DNA of 63,753 nucleotides, filler included, from Conidiobolus incongruus B7586 (Eukaryota): the NCBI GenBank assembly GCA_000697335.1. It is 16 parts of 16 records of this genome, joined end to end, with 100 filler letters (N's around TTAATTAATTAA, not from the genome) between each part and the next. Parts side by side here need not be neighbours in the genome. Positions count along the whole stretch, not along the records: positions 9,801 to 31,083 come from JNEM01007310.1; positions 31,184 to 33,163 come from JNEM01007313.1; positions 33,264 to 35,567 come from JNEM01007314.1; positions 35,668 to 39,144 come from JNEM01007315.1; 12 more parts are not named here. One strand, written 5' to 3'. Each line of letters starts with the position of its first letter. Positions within the stretch are counted from its first letter, which is position 1. The notes under the pieces are model-generated. The model did not search any database and was not told the origin of the DNA. It saw only the letters and a program-made list of their open reading frames with translations. This document shows, one piece after another, positions 25,131-38,861 of this stretch. Position numbers and translations under genes: made by a program.

Positions 25131-25992
25131 ACTCTTATAATATTATTTAATAGCAATCACTGAATAAAAATAATATTAAAGAATTGAATAGAGATCAAAG
25201 AGATAAAGATGGAAATTATAATAAAATTCGTTTCAAATCAAAAATTTAAAGTCTAATTTAGGAAGATTGGCATGTGTGGAGGTGACTACTATTTTTTTAG
25301 TTGAAATTTATTTAGGGGTATAATAGCCCTTATAATTTTAATTAATTTTAGAGATTTATCTAATTACAATATATAGATTATAAGATTCAAAATAAAAAAT
25401 TTTAAATATCATTTAATATACAAAATATTTTATTAATATTGTATAAAGCTTATATAAAAAATTTTTAATCTAATATCAAGTTTATTTATTATTTTGATTA
25501 TGATAAAATATTATTAAATGATTATTTAATTATCCAATCAAAAAATTCAATTTCAAAGAAATTATTAAAATCAATAGTACTTTTCGTACAATCAAAATAA
25601 AATCTCCGATGTTAACTACATCATTTAAGAATACATCAATATTTAAAAGTGTAAATAAATTATTAAAATCATATCAAGTTATAAAACTTGTTATCGAATT
25701 AATAATAAATAAATAATAAGAATTAATTCAGATCATGGTAGTTGATAACATTGATATTGGTGGTTTCAAAAACTAACTATGAAACCTGATTAAATTAAGG
25801 TGAAGGGTCTAAAATGAGTTTGAAGACTAGTTGTATGATTACTTTAAAATCAAGTTAAACAGTATCATAAGCCTATTCCTATAATCTGAAGCATTTCACA
25901 ACCCTTCGAATTGATTGAGATGAGTTAGTTTATAAACGAATGCTCTGCTTAGTTTCATTTAGCTTTTTATTCATTCATCTCTCTTCATCATC

Positions 25993-26687
25993 ATGATTGA
26001 TGCTGATAAACCCAATATTTCTCTCATTATTTTTCTATTACTGTATTTGATTGCAGCATTATCTACATTTATTGGTTCAATATATTGCTGGGCAACTAAA
26101 AATCCACTAATAATAGGGATTATCACAGCTGATTTTTATATACGTAAGTTTAATCAATTTTGATTCCATTTTTCTTGGACTAACTAATTTTGATAGCATG
26201 TTTCTTATTAAGCATGTTAATGATAGCGAATGTGGCCTGTGGTCTTTTAGGCGCATTTAGACCATGTCGATTTAAATTATATTTAAAAATATTTGCAATT
26301 TCCGTGACTTTTATCATCATGTTCCAACTTTGTATTGGAATTTATATTTGGTTTCATAGTTTAGCAATGCATGATTTTTACCCAGATCAATGGGTCAATT
26401 GGACTGTATCAAATAAAGGAAAAATTGAGAGAATGGGGAAATGCTGCGGGTATTTTAATAGTAGGCACCATATCGTTATTACCAAGCAGTGTAACTTGGG
26501 TGTGTCACTACCAGGATGCGAAGAGTATGTTATCAATCATGCCGGAACTTTCCTGGTCAATGTATATACTCCAATATTTTCATTTATTGCAGTCGAAATT
26601 ATGGCGCTAATGGCAACCGCAAGTCTATTACAAAAGGTATCGGAGCAAATTCGTATTATTTCGAGTGTGATTAAGAATGCAACGTAA
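25993..26687 (+). CDS. Tetraspanin-like membrane protein, 2 exons
   Basis: Four hydrophobic segments. CCGY plus two further Cys in the large loop. Intron 26144-26197. Confidence 0.75.
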
Positions 26688-27606
26688 TATTCGTAGTATA
26701 ATTTTTATTAGAAATTATTTATGAATGTTCTAATTACATGATTGCGCGTGACATAGCCTACTATGCTCAATTAATTATCATAAATCATAATCTATTAAAT
26801 TCATAATCAAATAATATCCAAAAATTAAATTAAATTGTATTATATATTAAAAATCGTTTCAAATGGTTATAATTGATTATATTAAAATTTTCTATATTGT
26901 ATGAGTGAGGTTTGAAAAATGTTTTTGGATAACTTGAAATTGGTGGAATATTCCAATATTTTTAACCATTTTTATATTTAGTTGTGATTCAAACTTGAAA
27001 CTACACTTCATTAGATTTATGATTTATTAAAACAATTATGAGTAATAAAATCATACTTAATCTTGTGGTTCAATTTCTACTAATTAAAATTAGCTATAGT
27101 TGAAAATATATTATATTTGTATAACAAATAAATTTATTTTCATTATATACTGTGTAAAAACTAAAATTTATATACTAAAGTGTTAAAAAAATTATAATTA
27201 CAATTAATTCATTTTAATTTATAGATTGATTGTTAAAAATGATTCTAATGTATATATCTTACCTTTATACTTGGCGATTTTACTTATCATAAAAATTCAA
27301 AATATAAATTATATATGTTTAAATAAAGTTTATTTTACCTTCCATTCTCCTTAATTAATTCTTGTAATAATTAGCTAATGTTAAATAAATCAGTGATTAA
27401 TTCACATTCTTTCATGTTGATGAAATGTGACTGGTTGTCGAATTAGTTAATGATTTGACAATATTGCAGATTAATTCCATTCATCAACAATTAGAAATCC
27501 CATTAAATTTCATAGATTGAACTGGTTTAATAGCTCATCGAGGGTCTATTAAATTGTACTATTTTTGTAATAGTGTGATACAAAGGAAGCTTCTAACCAC
27601 TTTATA

Positions 27607-28447
27607 ATGAAATCAAAATCCAGTGGTTCAATATCTCCTACCTCTAATTTCGGTACTATCTATCTTCATTCTTCAGCTCAGTCTACAACGACGAAACGTA
27701 TTTTATTCCCTTCAATGAGTTCTAAATATTCTCAAGTTGATATGGGTCAGCTAGCCAGCTATACCCTTGATTTACCGTCCCCATCCAAGTGCTCATATCA
27801 GCCCAAATCCAGTGAAAATACAGAAAACCTAACTTCAGATATAGCAATTGCCAGAGCTCTTGAGGCACATCAAGTCGGCGAAATAGAGAAAGGAAATTAT
27901 TATCTTTGTGAAGCTGCCAATATGAAGAGTACCTTAGGTCTACTGCTATATGGAATATCTTTGAGAAATGGCTGGGTAACTATAATTCATTAATAGGCTT
28001 GTTGATTCCAATATATTTATTTTGCTATAATAGGGTTGTGTTCCAAATCTCAAGCTTGGATTCGAATGTCTCTTAGCAGCCGCTAGAGAAGCCATGTCAG
28101 ATATTTTATCTCGTAAAAACATACAAGACTCAGTTGCAGAACATCAACTTGCTCTGTCACTATTTGAGCTTGGAGTGTGCTATATGCAGGGATGGGGTGT
28201 TACCAAGAATAAAAAATGGGGTGCATACTATTATGAAATCGCTGCTGACCTTGGCGAGCCAGATGCACAAAACGAGATTGCACACTGTTATCTAAATGGA
28301 AAAGGAGTGAAAAAGAACAAGTACAAAGCAGCATACTTTTTCCAGCTTGCTTCTGAACAGGGTAACGGATATATGGGAAATGCATGGATTTATAAGGACA
28401 AATATCTAAATCAGGATCCTCCGCAACTTAATACGAATATTGAATGA
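27607..28447 (+). CDS. Sel1/HCP-like repeat protein, Dsf2-like, 2 exons
   Basis: LLYGISLRNGWGC, FELGVCYMQGWGVTKN, DAQNEIAHCYLNGKGVKKN and C-terminal GNAWIYKDKY. Intron 27976-28033. Confidence 0.85.
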
Positions 28448-31183
28448 CCTCTTAAATTTGAACAGTAGAGTTATTACATTATCAAGTTTTGTTGAGATAT
28501 AGGATATTTTATAAATCAACATAATCAAAACATCTCACAAGATCTTTGATTATAGATCTTAGAGTACGAAACGGACCACTTAACAATATCCTTGATCAAA
28601 ATCATTTTTCGGCTAATAATCAATAATGCAACCAAATTAATACACATAATTAATAATAAAAATGGCAATCATTTCAACCTTGTGGATATTTAAATTATTA
28701 TTTGGATTTGGTGGCTGACTAAGTCTCTCACCGATTACAAATATGGCTGTTTTTCATTCAATTTTAATATTCTTGACATCCATGTTAATTCAATTAAGAT
28801 CCTTAAAAATTTGAATTCTAATGAGTTAAAAACTATTTAATAATAATTTTTGATAAATTTTTAATCCAAAATATAAATTTCTGAAAAACATTTTAATCGA
28901 CAGAGGGTAATTATTTAGCTCTCCTCAATAAACACTGGTTTCAAAATTTAATATTTTTTCGCTATAATACTATTATAATTTAAAATTTTTTGGAATTTTT
29001 AAAATTTGAAAGTTTTTTTTCCAAATTATCCAATGAAAGAATAATGTAATTCATTAGTCAGTGTGCTCAGAATATCTATAATTTGTCTTGAATGAGTAAT
29101 ATCTTTCTTCAATATTTATTAAATCATCACCTTTAATAACTACAATACGTAATATAGATGGTGAAATATAATTTCAAAAGAAAATTATAGTTTACTTTAC
29201 TGGTTTAGTGTCAGATTGAAGTCAAATAGAAAATACGCTGCAAAACCAAATAATGTATTTCACTTATACTATAACTAAAATAAGATTGAATGCATATCTA
29301 TTGATAATATCAAATTCTACTTCAGACTTTAAACATTAAAAGGATGAGCAACGAGGAGAGTTAACAACATTGCAAGTCGTTGTAGTTGTTTTATAACCAA
29401 ATCGTCAATATCCTTTATTGATGAATTTGAATATCTTTAATTTTGCTTTATATAATATAATAGGTGCTGGACAACATTTATTTTATCGATATTAACCCCA
29501 TTATCTACTATAATAGCTGTTCAATAGAAGCAGATTAGGTGGAAAATTTCCAACCAAATCAATATCAAATAATTTGAAAGAATAAGACCAGTGTATTATT
29601 AATCATAAAAATTTACTTTTATAATATTATCAAGAGATATTGTTAAATGTAAACATTTATTATTCAACTTGTCCAAAGATTATCAAATTTGATCTTCTTT
29701 GTCCAGGTTTTGTATAGGGTCCAGAGACCTCAAGGTGGTAATTCTAGAAGGCTAGCTTGATTGACTGTTAGATAGCAAAAGGGTATGTTTTTATTAGCAT
29801 TGATATTTTGATCCATTTTTACATAATATTAAGGATATTTAAAAGTCATGTTTAATCCGAGTTATATAAGGAAATATATATAACCTTCATATATATTACT
29901 TATGCGATATTTATTATAAACAATTGTCTTGCATCAAAAGTATATTATATTTATTGTATAAGTTTTTCTTAAATGTTTAATCAAACCATGTTAATATTGT
30001 TTTTGTATTTTTACTTTTAAGTATTAGTTGAATTTGTTGATTTTCTTTTGAATTATAAATATAACCAAAAATATAATATTATAGTATTTCATAATCTGAT
30101 TATAAAGTGTTTTATATCTTATTTATAAGAGTTATAATTTTTTAATTCTTTAATTTCATTAATTATATTATAATAATATAAAAATAATTTTTGAAGATTT
30201 TTTAATTTTAAACTTATATTAAATATAATAAAGGGAATAAATTTTTCCAATAATTTTTATTTAATAGACAATCCAAAAAATAGCTTAAGATAAGTATATA
30301 TATTAAACCTTAAAGCTAGTCCCTTTTATTCATGTTAATTTAAATTTCTAATTTAATTGTCATTATTTACTTTTAACAGGATTAAGTTATAAATATAAAA
30401 TTCATTGTTTTAATTTATAAATAATAATAACAATTGAACTTTAATAATAATGATTGATTTAAATTATTATAGATTTCTGTTCAAACTAAATAATATTATT
30501 TTTATATTTAAAAAGTTAAAATTATAAAATATTAATAAATAATAAATAACTGTTTAATATATTAATAATATTAATAACAAAAATTTATTGTTATAACAGA
30601 CTTTAATTTTCTAGTCCCAAATATATTAACTTAAATTATATTAACTTTTTAATCAAAAATTAATAATAAAACCAAAATATATTTCTTGAATAAATAAAAA
30701 AAATACTAAGGAAAAACTCTTTTGTTATTTATCAATTCATAATAAAACTTTGTTATCAGAAATCATTACTAATATAATATATTATATGTATTTTTAAATT
30801 CTAATTAATTTATATTTTTAAACTAATTTTTAATTAATAATATAGTATTTAATATAGCTATTAACTCAAATTTAATATAGTATTAATTATAAATTTAATT
30901 GATTAATTCAAATATTATAAAATTTCGTTAATAATTTTGATTTAAAAAAATATTTTTTTTCTATTATAATTTAGTAATTAAAATTTGAGTTAATTATTAT
31001 ATGATTTTTCTAAGTTTTTTGATAATAAATCTAAATCATAATTATTAAAAATAATAAAATTGATTTTTAAATATTAGTAGTTTNNNNNNNNNNNNNNNNN
31101 NNNNNNNNNNNNNNNNNNNNNNNNNNNTTAATTAATTAANNNNNNNNNNNNNNNNNNNNNNNNNNNNNNNNNNNNNNNNNNNN

Positions 31184-32607
31184 AACTATTAGCAAAAATA
31201 TTAACCCTTAATATTTAACCAAGGTGAGTCATAAATTTGTGGGTTTTTGAGATAAGGGGATATATTTAACAATATATAACCATATCTTTTTTCTTTCTTT
31301 GCTATTATTTTATATAATATTTTACAGATATACTAAATTTTTTTTATTAGTATCATTATACCTAAATCCCTCTCTAAAAAAATCCACTTATATATCAATC
31401 AACTTTATAAAGAAGGTAAATCAACTTGTGATATTGCTAGAATTACTGGTGTTAGCTAGTCTACTATAGCTAGGGCTGTTAAGAATAGCAATAAAGAAAC
31501 ATTTAAACCTAAACTTAAGTGTGCTAAAATCATAGATGAATATGATGAGAAGTATATCTGTAGGTTGGTTAGTACAGGCAAGTATAGTACTACTGTAGAA
31601 ATACAACAGGAACTATAAGACTATGTAGGAATATTGGTTAGCACTGATACTATTATATATGCTTTATGTTAGCATAGATACTACTCACACCTCAAGAAAA
31701 AACACCCTCAACTAAAGAAATCCTACTATAAAACTAGGTGGGAGTTTAAATATTGCTATTAATATTAAACTGAAATTAATTGGAGTAAAGTTATTTAGTT
31801 TAATGAAACAAAAATATACCTTAGTAAATCTGATAAAAAAGCTAGATACTTCAGAAAAGATGCAGAATTACTTTGTGACCATCATGTTAATTCTACCCAA
31901 AAGTATAGTGATGGGTCAATTATTGTTTAGGGATGTATATTGTCTTCAGGTGTAGGATATCTTTATAAAGTTAATAGGGGAATTAATGCTGAGATGTACT
32001 AAAGTATTCTAAACAATAAATTGAAAAAAAACCATTGAATAATATGGGTTAAACAAATCTGATGTTATTTTCCAGCAAGATAATACCTCTTGCTATATTA
32101 CAGCTTCTACTACTAAATAGCTTAAAAATAACAAGATAATAGTTATGAAGTAGCCTTCTCAATCTCCTAACCTTAATCTAATTAAACACCTTTAGGATCA
32201 GTTAAAAAAAGCTATTAAAGCTTTCCCCCTAGTAAAAAATTTAGATCAACTTTGGGAATATATTCAAGAAGCATAGAACAAGATTAACCCTTTTTAGTGT
32301 AAGAAGTTAGTTGATTCTATACCCCACTAACTTAAAGAAGTTAGAAAAGCTAAAGGTGGATATATTAGGTTTTAATTTTTTTTTATCATCAAAAACCTGC
32401 AAATTTATGACTCACCTTAGGTAAAACTTAAGGGTTTATATTTTAGCCAATTAATAGCTAAATATCATCATTTAATGATATATATAACTAATAAATATAA
32501 TAGATTTTAATTATTTAATTTAAGTTTATTTCATTAAATATTAATCAAGTTATTAGTAAAAATATAGGTGTTTTTGATTTTATAACTTACTTTTGTGGGT
32601 TAGTGTA
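31184..32607 (+). mobile_element. Tc1-like DD34E transposon, best-preserved copy, pseudogenised
   Basis: Frame 31358-32374 reads (M)PKSLS..DIARITGVS*ST, WSKVI*FNETKI, GSIIV*GCI, FQQDNTSC, *PSQSPNLNLIKHL*DQLK, KAKGGYIRF*. Terminus ...tagtg-TA. Confidence 0.93.
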
Positions 32608-33263
32608 TTTTAATTATTATTTTAATATAATAATAAATATATTTTGATTATATTTTTATTATCAAATAATTTAAAAAATATAAAATAATAATTTAAAATA
32701 ATTTCCTCAATTTAATAATTATAATATAAATATATTTTTTGATGATTAATAAATAAAAATAATGAAATCTATTTATTAGGAAAATTTATAATAAGTTTTA
32801 GAAATATATTTAATAATTTTAAAATTAAATTAAGCTTTGTTAATATAAAGTGTTAGCTAACTTTTTATCTTAGCAATTTATGAAACTTAAAAAATAAATT
32901 CAGATTTAAATTTTTTTTATTAAAATTTCAAAAATTATAACTTATTTTGGTTAAATTTTAAGTTTTAGTATATTAATTAAATAATTTTTATTATATAACA
33001 ATAATATAAATTACTTATTCAATATAATTCAAAGTGATTTAATAAAAAACTAATGTTATTAATAAAGTATATAAAAATAATTTAATAATTAATATTTATA
33101 TTCTAATATATAAATTGTAATATTTTTCATTTTAATTAATTAATCCATAAATATATAGATTAANNNNNNNNNNNNNNNNNNNNNNNNNNNNNNNNNNNNN
33201 NNNNNNNTTAATTAATTAANNNNNNNNNNNNNNNNNNNNNNNNNNNNNNNNNNNNNNNNNNNN

Positions 33264-33650
33264 TTAATTCTCATTGGATGAGGACATCCAATCTTAAAAC
33301 CCCCCGGTATTGTCACGAGTCAGGTGACTCTCCTCCCACGTAATATGCTTACTTCAACTGAATATAAGGGTCATTCCCCCCCTCATGTGACCAACCACTT
33401 CAACCCTATCCTTTAATCAGCTAATGATACAACCCTCCAGAAAACTCCAGAAACCTACTACTCTATGCACTATATATAGAACCCAGAAACAGAGCTATAC
33501 TACAGAGAAGGAGTTTGATCTGGGTCCTCCCAGCTATTTGGCTTAAATCAATAAACCCCCTATCTCCCTAACCTTTACCTGGAAATCCCTAGATCTCTCT
33601 CTTTTACTTATACTATTCCGGACGCGGCTTTCCCAAGACGTGTTACTATA
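33264..33650 (+). mobile_element. 3' end and LTR of an unmutated LTR retroelement (family C)
   Basis: gaggacatcc..tcttaa followed by TGTCACGAGTCA at 33311, the same first 12 nt as the LTR at 6748. TATATA and AATAAA inside. Right boundary uncertain. Confidence 0.6.
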
Positions 33651-34114
33651 TTATAAATTTTTTGCTATTTAGAAAGCGAAAACAACTCATTAATTAATGA
33701 AATGAAGACAGGAAGAATATAATAATTTTCCCTATTCAAAAAATTGATTGATTGGATTAATAATTAATATTGTGTTATACTTATATTACTTGGCTGTTTT
33801 CACTTTGGGTATATTATAAATAATTGATATTTTAGAAATTTGAAATGATACCTTGTAAATGATCTAGTTAATGTGAGTATTATATTTTCACGCGATATTA
33901 TAAAATAATGTAATATTGATTTAATAAAAACTAATTAATTAATATAAGATAATATACTTTTTGGTAGATAGATATTATACTAAATAAATTATTGATTAAA
34001 TATCTATTAAAACATTCAAGTATAATATCAATGAAAAAATTCAATTTAATTCAAAAATTTATTAGTTTAAAAAATCTCTACATTATATTGAAATTAGTTG
34101 TTGCTATGATAAAT

Positions 34115-34411
34115 TTAATAGAAGTTTCCACCGAAGTTATGATGACCCCAACCACCATAGTTACCCCATTGTCTGCGGTAGTAGTTTCCACCGTTGTTCC
34201 AACCATTGTTCCATCCATTATAGTGACCATGGTTGTATAGTCCATTATTCCATCCATTATTCCATCCATTATTCCAGCCCATGCGTCCCCAGTTTTCTGC
34301 TTCTTCACCAGCTTCACCAGCAGCTCCTTCTAATTCAGCAGATTCATTTTCACTAACGGGAATAGCAGCAATGAAAGCGAAAAATAAGGCCAAAACTTTG
34401 AAAGTAGTCAT
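34115..34411 (-). CDS. Small secreted Gly/Asn/Trp-rich repeat protein (peptide precursor-like)
   Basis: Hydrophobic signal peptide, acidic spacer, GWNN repeats and an RR site. Intronless, host-like start context (aaaATG), TATATAAAAAG ~75-85 nt upstream. Confidence 0.85.
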   Translation of the reverse strand: MTTFKVLALFFAFIAAIPVSENESAELEGAAGEAGEEAENWGRMGWNNGWNNGWNNGLYNHGHYNGWNNGWNNGGNYYRRQWGNYGGWGHHNFGGNFY

Positions 34412-35181
34412 TTTAATTTGTTCAGATTAAGTAAAATATGCAATTTAAATTTAATTGATGATATGTTTAAATTTCAATATAGTCTTTTTATATATTAATT
34501 TCGATCTATCATTTCCTATTTAAAATTATTTAACCTCAATGTTCAAGTTAAATTGGTCAGAATACCACATGAGAAATTCGTAAATACTTGAAAATCTTGA
34601 ATGAATGTACCCCACAAAGTAAATGCTAATAAAATAACAAATCGCAGTTTTTTGGATCAAATTATATTATAATAATAATAAAATCAATTGATTTATATTC
34701 GATAGAAAAATTACAGATTATTACTATAATTGAAAAGATATCACAGTATATATTGGAAATTTTTAGGAATAATAGTGTTATTTGAATTATAAAATAATTT
34801 AAATTTTTCATCATTCAATATATTAATTCTTTTTGTAAATATTTTGATTTTTAAATAATTCAATATAATATTTAATATGACTTTATCTTTTAATATCCAA
34901 AATAACTAATTAATAATAAAATATAAAGAATAATTATTTTATTAAAATAATAGAATCCTAGATAAAATTTAGATAATTATTTATTATGGATTAAAGATTA
35001 AATAAAAATTTCCTTTAACTTAAATATTCTTTTTGTATTTAATACTATATTGAATATATTTAGTATTATTAGTTCAAACATTGATAAACTTTTTAATTTC
35101 TGATTTTTCAATATTAATTTAAAAGATTAATCATATATAATTTATATAAAAAAGTTAATATTTTTATATTATATATATATA

Positions 35182-35567
35182 TATAAGTGTAGTGGTAGTT
35201 AAACTAATATAATGCAGAGGAAGACTTAATATAAAAGTAGTGTGGTGCAGAACATGGTAATATAATGTGGCTGTAGTGTGCAAGTGTAAACAAAGTTTAA
35301 TTAAGCTTCAAACTAGGATGAGTCACTGATATATTAAGATTTATATTAGGTAGTGCCAATATCCTACAATATTGATAGAATATAGTCTCAATTTTAGAAA
35401 TAGTGTAAAAGTAAAAATAGTAAGAATTGAGAGGAAAAAAGAGGAACCTAGTTTATTAGATAATTTAATACTATTTATACAATTAATTTAACTATATAAG
35501 TATAAATTAATTATATAATTTATAGTTAATTAGATTATATGAAAGTGTATATAAGAATTTAAAGAAC
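35182..35567 (-). repeat. Gypsy family A LTR (cut by gap)
   Basis: Close match to 58590-58987. Sits in a (TA)n tract following a mariner-left-end relic at ~35085-35180. Confidence 0.9.
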
Positions 35568-35667
35568 NNNNNNNNNNNNNNNNNNNNNNNNNNNNNNNNN
35601 NNNNNNNNNNNTTAATTAATTAANNNNNNNNNNNNNNNNNNNNNNNNNNNNNNNNNNNNNNNNNNNN

Positions 35668-36120
35668 TAATTAATTAATTCAAGTTTAAACTTTATTATA
35701 TATAAAATAACTATATTACTAATATTAAATTATCTTAATAACCTTTTAACTAGATTAAAAAGGTATTTTTAATATATTTTTTATTAATAATTAAAAAATA
35801 ATAGTTGAAATTAATCTTATAAATTTTAATGAATGTTACATAATTTTTTCTCTTTAAAGTAATTTACTTAATAATAAATAATTAAATTAAATAATACTCT
35901 ATTATCAAAAGTTATTTATAAATTTTAAATAATTTTAAAGGGTTTGTGATTAAGTTTTATTAATACTAAAATAAAATTTTTTGATGATTATTATATAATT
36001 TAAATATAATTAAATCAAACAATAAATTTTAAAAATTAATTGTTTAGTTAAAAAAGCTACTATATATATTTTATGATTTGAAACTAATAATATGTTTGAA
36101 AAATATGAAATAAAAAAACT
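35668..36120 (-). mobile_element. Highly degenerate mariner 5' portion
   Basis: Matches 61575-62075 by eye, e.g. aattttaaataattttaaagggttt. Confidence 0.6.
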
Positions 36121-36562
36121 TATAATTTAAATTTAAATAAATAAATAACTTTTTTATTGAATAAAATGGATAGTTTAAAATTTTTATACAAAGCATAATA
36201 TTTGTAAACGATTCTATAATTTATTTTTTCCTGTTTTAAGGAATTGTATATTCAAATATTGAAATGAAATTTAAACTGGGATTTGTCTAGAGTCTAAAAT
36301 ATGATATTAGCTTCAATAACCAAAAAGAATATATAAAAATGAAATTTTAATCAAATTGAAATCTATAATATTCTGGGAAATTAACTCACTCTTTAAATTT
36401 CTATAAAACCTTAAATAGAGACGTAAAACAAAATGAAATTGTTTATCAAATATATTGTGTCTAGCATAAAACATAATATTTTGAAAAATGAATACAAAAA
36501 TTTAAAATCAGTGTGGAATATTAAATTAATAACAATGTAAAATAAGTATTTATATAGATAGT

Positions 36563-37720
36563 TTACTTATTTAATTCAGAGCCAATTTTATAGGACATAA
36601 CCTTACTCCAATCCATCTTAGTACGGGTAAGGGGTAAAGCTCTTCTTAATCCACTAAAAGCTCTTTCAGCCAAGTGAGTATATCCTTCATTCAAGCTAGT
36701 TTGATATTCATTTTCAGTTTGAAGAATCAATTTAATAGCATTTCTAGCATATATTTCAGGATCCTAAAAATGTTAATAAGATATTACGAATAGGTAATAT
36801 ATTGGTATATAGTGTTACTTACTTCGTTAGCTTCTAACTTCATGTCAACTTCACGAGAGGAATCTAATTGAACATTACCTTCTTCATAATAGTGAACTTT
36901 AGTCGAAATAGATCCTGCAAGCTTTTCATCATTTGGGGATAAAGTCCAAACTGAGCGCCATTGGCCATTCCTATTTAATTGATAAGAACAATACTAATAA
37001 AATAGTTAATTGAAATTACCAGTAATTTTTACTGTTTAATTTTGTTCCGATTATCAAAACTATTAAGGATAAATTTTGAATATAAACAGCACATTTGCCC
37101 TCTTCATAATGTTGGGCAACATAATTTTGAATTGCGGCATCCAAAGAAGCTCTTTAAATTCATCATTTTAACGTTGAAGCAAGTTTTAAAAGTATGAATA
37201 TAAATAATACCTAAAACTATTTAATTCATCTTCAGGTTCATAAGTTTCAATATCACTAATTGACTTTAATAATATTAATATATAATATGATGAATATTTC
37301 ATATAAGTGTACCTGTCTTAAGTGATCAAATTTAAATTTTTGCTGAGAACGAGGGTCGACAAAATAGCCTTGTTGATTCAAATTATATTTAGATAATAAT
37401 ACCTATTAAAAGTATTTAGTATGAATCTAAGTATAAGGTTGAATTAGAATGACTCTATCTTCAGTTCCGGGTAATTCTACAGCAGTAAAGTTTTCCAAGT
37501 TGTATTTTTCCAGATTTGGTAAAATTCCTTCTTCTAAAGATTCATCATCATTGATTAAACCTCGGATATCTAAAAGTGTTAAAAATAAAAATAAAAATAA
37601 AAATATGTATAATATTTTACCTCCAATAACATCATTCAATTCACCAGGAGGAGCGTCTAATAAGAATTGAGAAGCCAATTCAACTTTTTGTTGAGAATTT
37701 AACTCTTGCAATTCACTCAT
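36563..37720 (-). CDS. CAP1: F-actin capping protein alpha subunit, multi-exon
   Basis: FLLDAPPGELNDV, NYWNGQWRSVW, KVHYYEEGNVQL and GLRRALPLTRTKMDW. Confidence 0.96.
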
Positions 37721-38257
37721 AATTGTATAATTATTAAATATTAATTCAAAAAAGATTAATGAAAGAATTTAATGTTGAATAAATTTATTTAAGTCACAAT
37801 TTTAAATTTATTAAATTCACATTAATGATGTAACATTTGTTAGTGGGTTTACATTCATCATAAAAATTAGTATGTTAAGTATAATAGATTTTTTTTATTA
37901 ATTAATACTCTCATATGCGATATATTATTATTTTTAAACAAATTGTTTTCATATATACTCATTTATTTTTTGAACTTTTGTATATGTTCCAATTTAATAA
38001 TTAAAGTTTTTATAAAATTTTGAATATAAACATTTTAACCATATTCATATTGATTGATAAATTAAAATTAGTGATAAAATAAAATATCTAAATGATGAAA
38101 TAACAGCCAATGATTCGTATTGTTAGTAATATATGCACAAATAATAGTAAAATACTTATTATCGATAGAATGTTCAAATCAATATATTACTTAAATTTAA
38201 TTCTAATATAGTATTTTAACAAATAAAAGATAATATTCAAAAATAAATTTAATAAGA

Positions 38258-38261
<4 letters not shown>

Positions 38262-38295
<34 letters not shown>
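38262..38295. repeat. (TA)n microsatellite
   Basis: Read directly. Similar tracts at ~9899-9923 and ~42445-42482. Confidence 0.9.
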
Positions 38296-38297
<2 letters not shown>

Positions 38298-38861
38298 CAA
38301 TTTTAATATCAAAGCATAATATCTCTATAATCATTTAACTAATACAAAAAAAATTAAATTTATTACAATATTAATGTAATAATGTTCAATATATATCCAA
38401 TTATTTCAATTTCATCAATTATATTAAATGTTTTTTATTGTGTAAATATTGATTGAATTAAATAGTATGTTTGCATCATCATATAAATTGTTATATAAAT
38501 CTTGTGATAATTTCAAAATATATCACTAAATCTGACTAAATTTAACCAACATTTGTTATTTAAAAGATTCATTTAATAAATATATAAATAAATTATTTTC
38601 TTGAAATTTTCAATAATTATTATAATTGTAAGTGATATACACACTTAATTTTAATATAAAATGCTATTTGATCTATTGTGATAAATATTTTAATTAAATA
38701 TTTGGATCAATAGATTAGTAATTTAGTTTTTTTAGCAAAGTTAGACATATTTAATAGATAAAATTATATTATATTTAAATATTATATCAAATTATATAAT
38801 AAGGCTTTTCAGTGATAAAAAGATAATAGTTATATAAAATATATGATAATAAAGGTGATAT

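Noticed and set aside
33992..34430. ORFs 33992-34240, 34078-34317 and 34233-34430
   Set aside because: Alternative-frame or antisense shadows of the GWNN-repeat gene.
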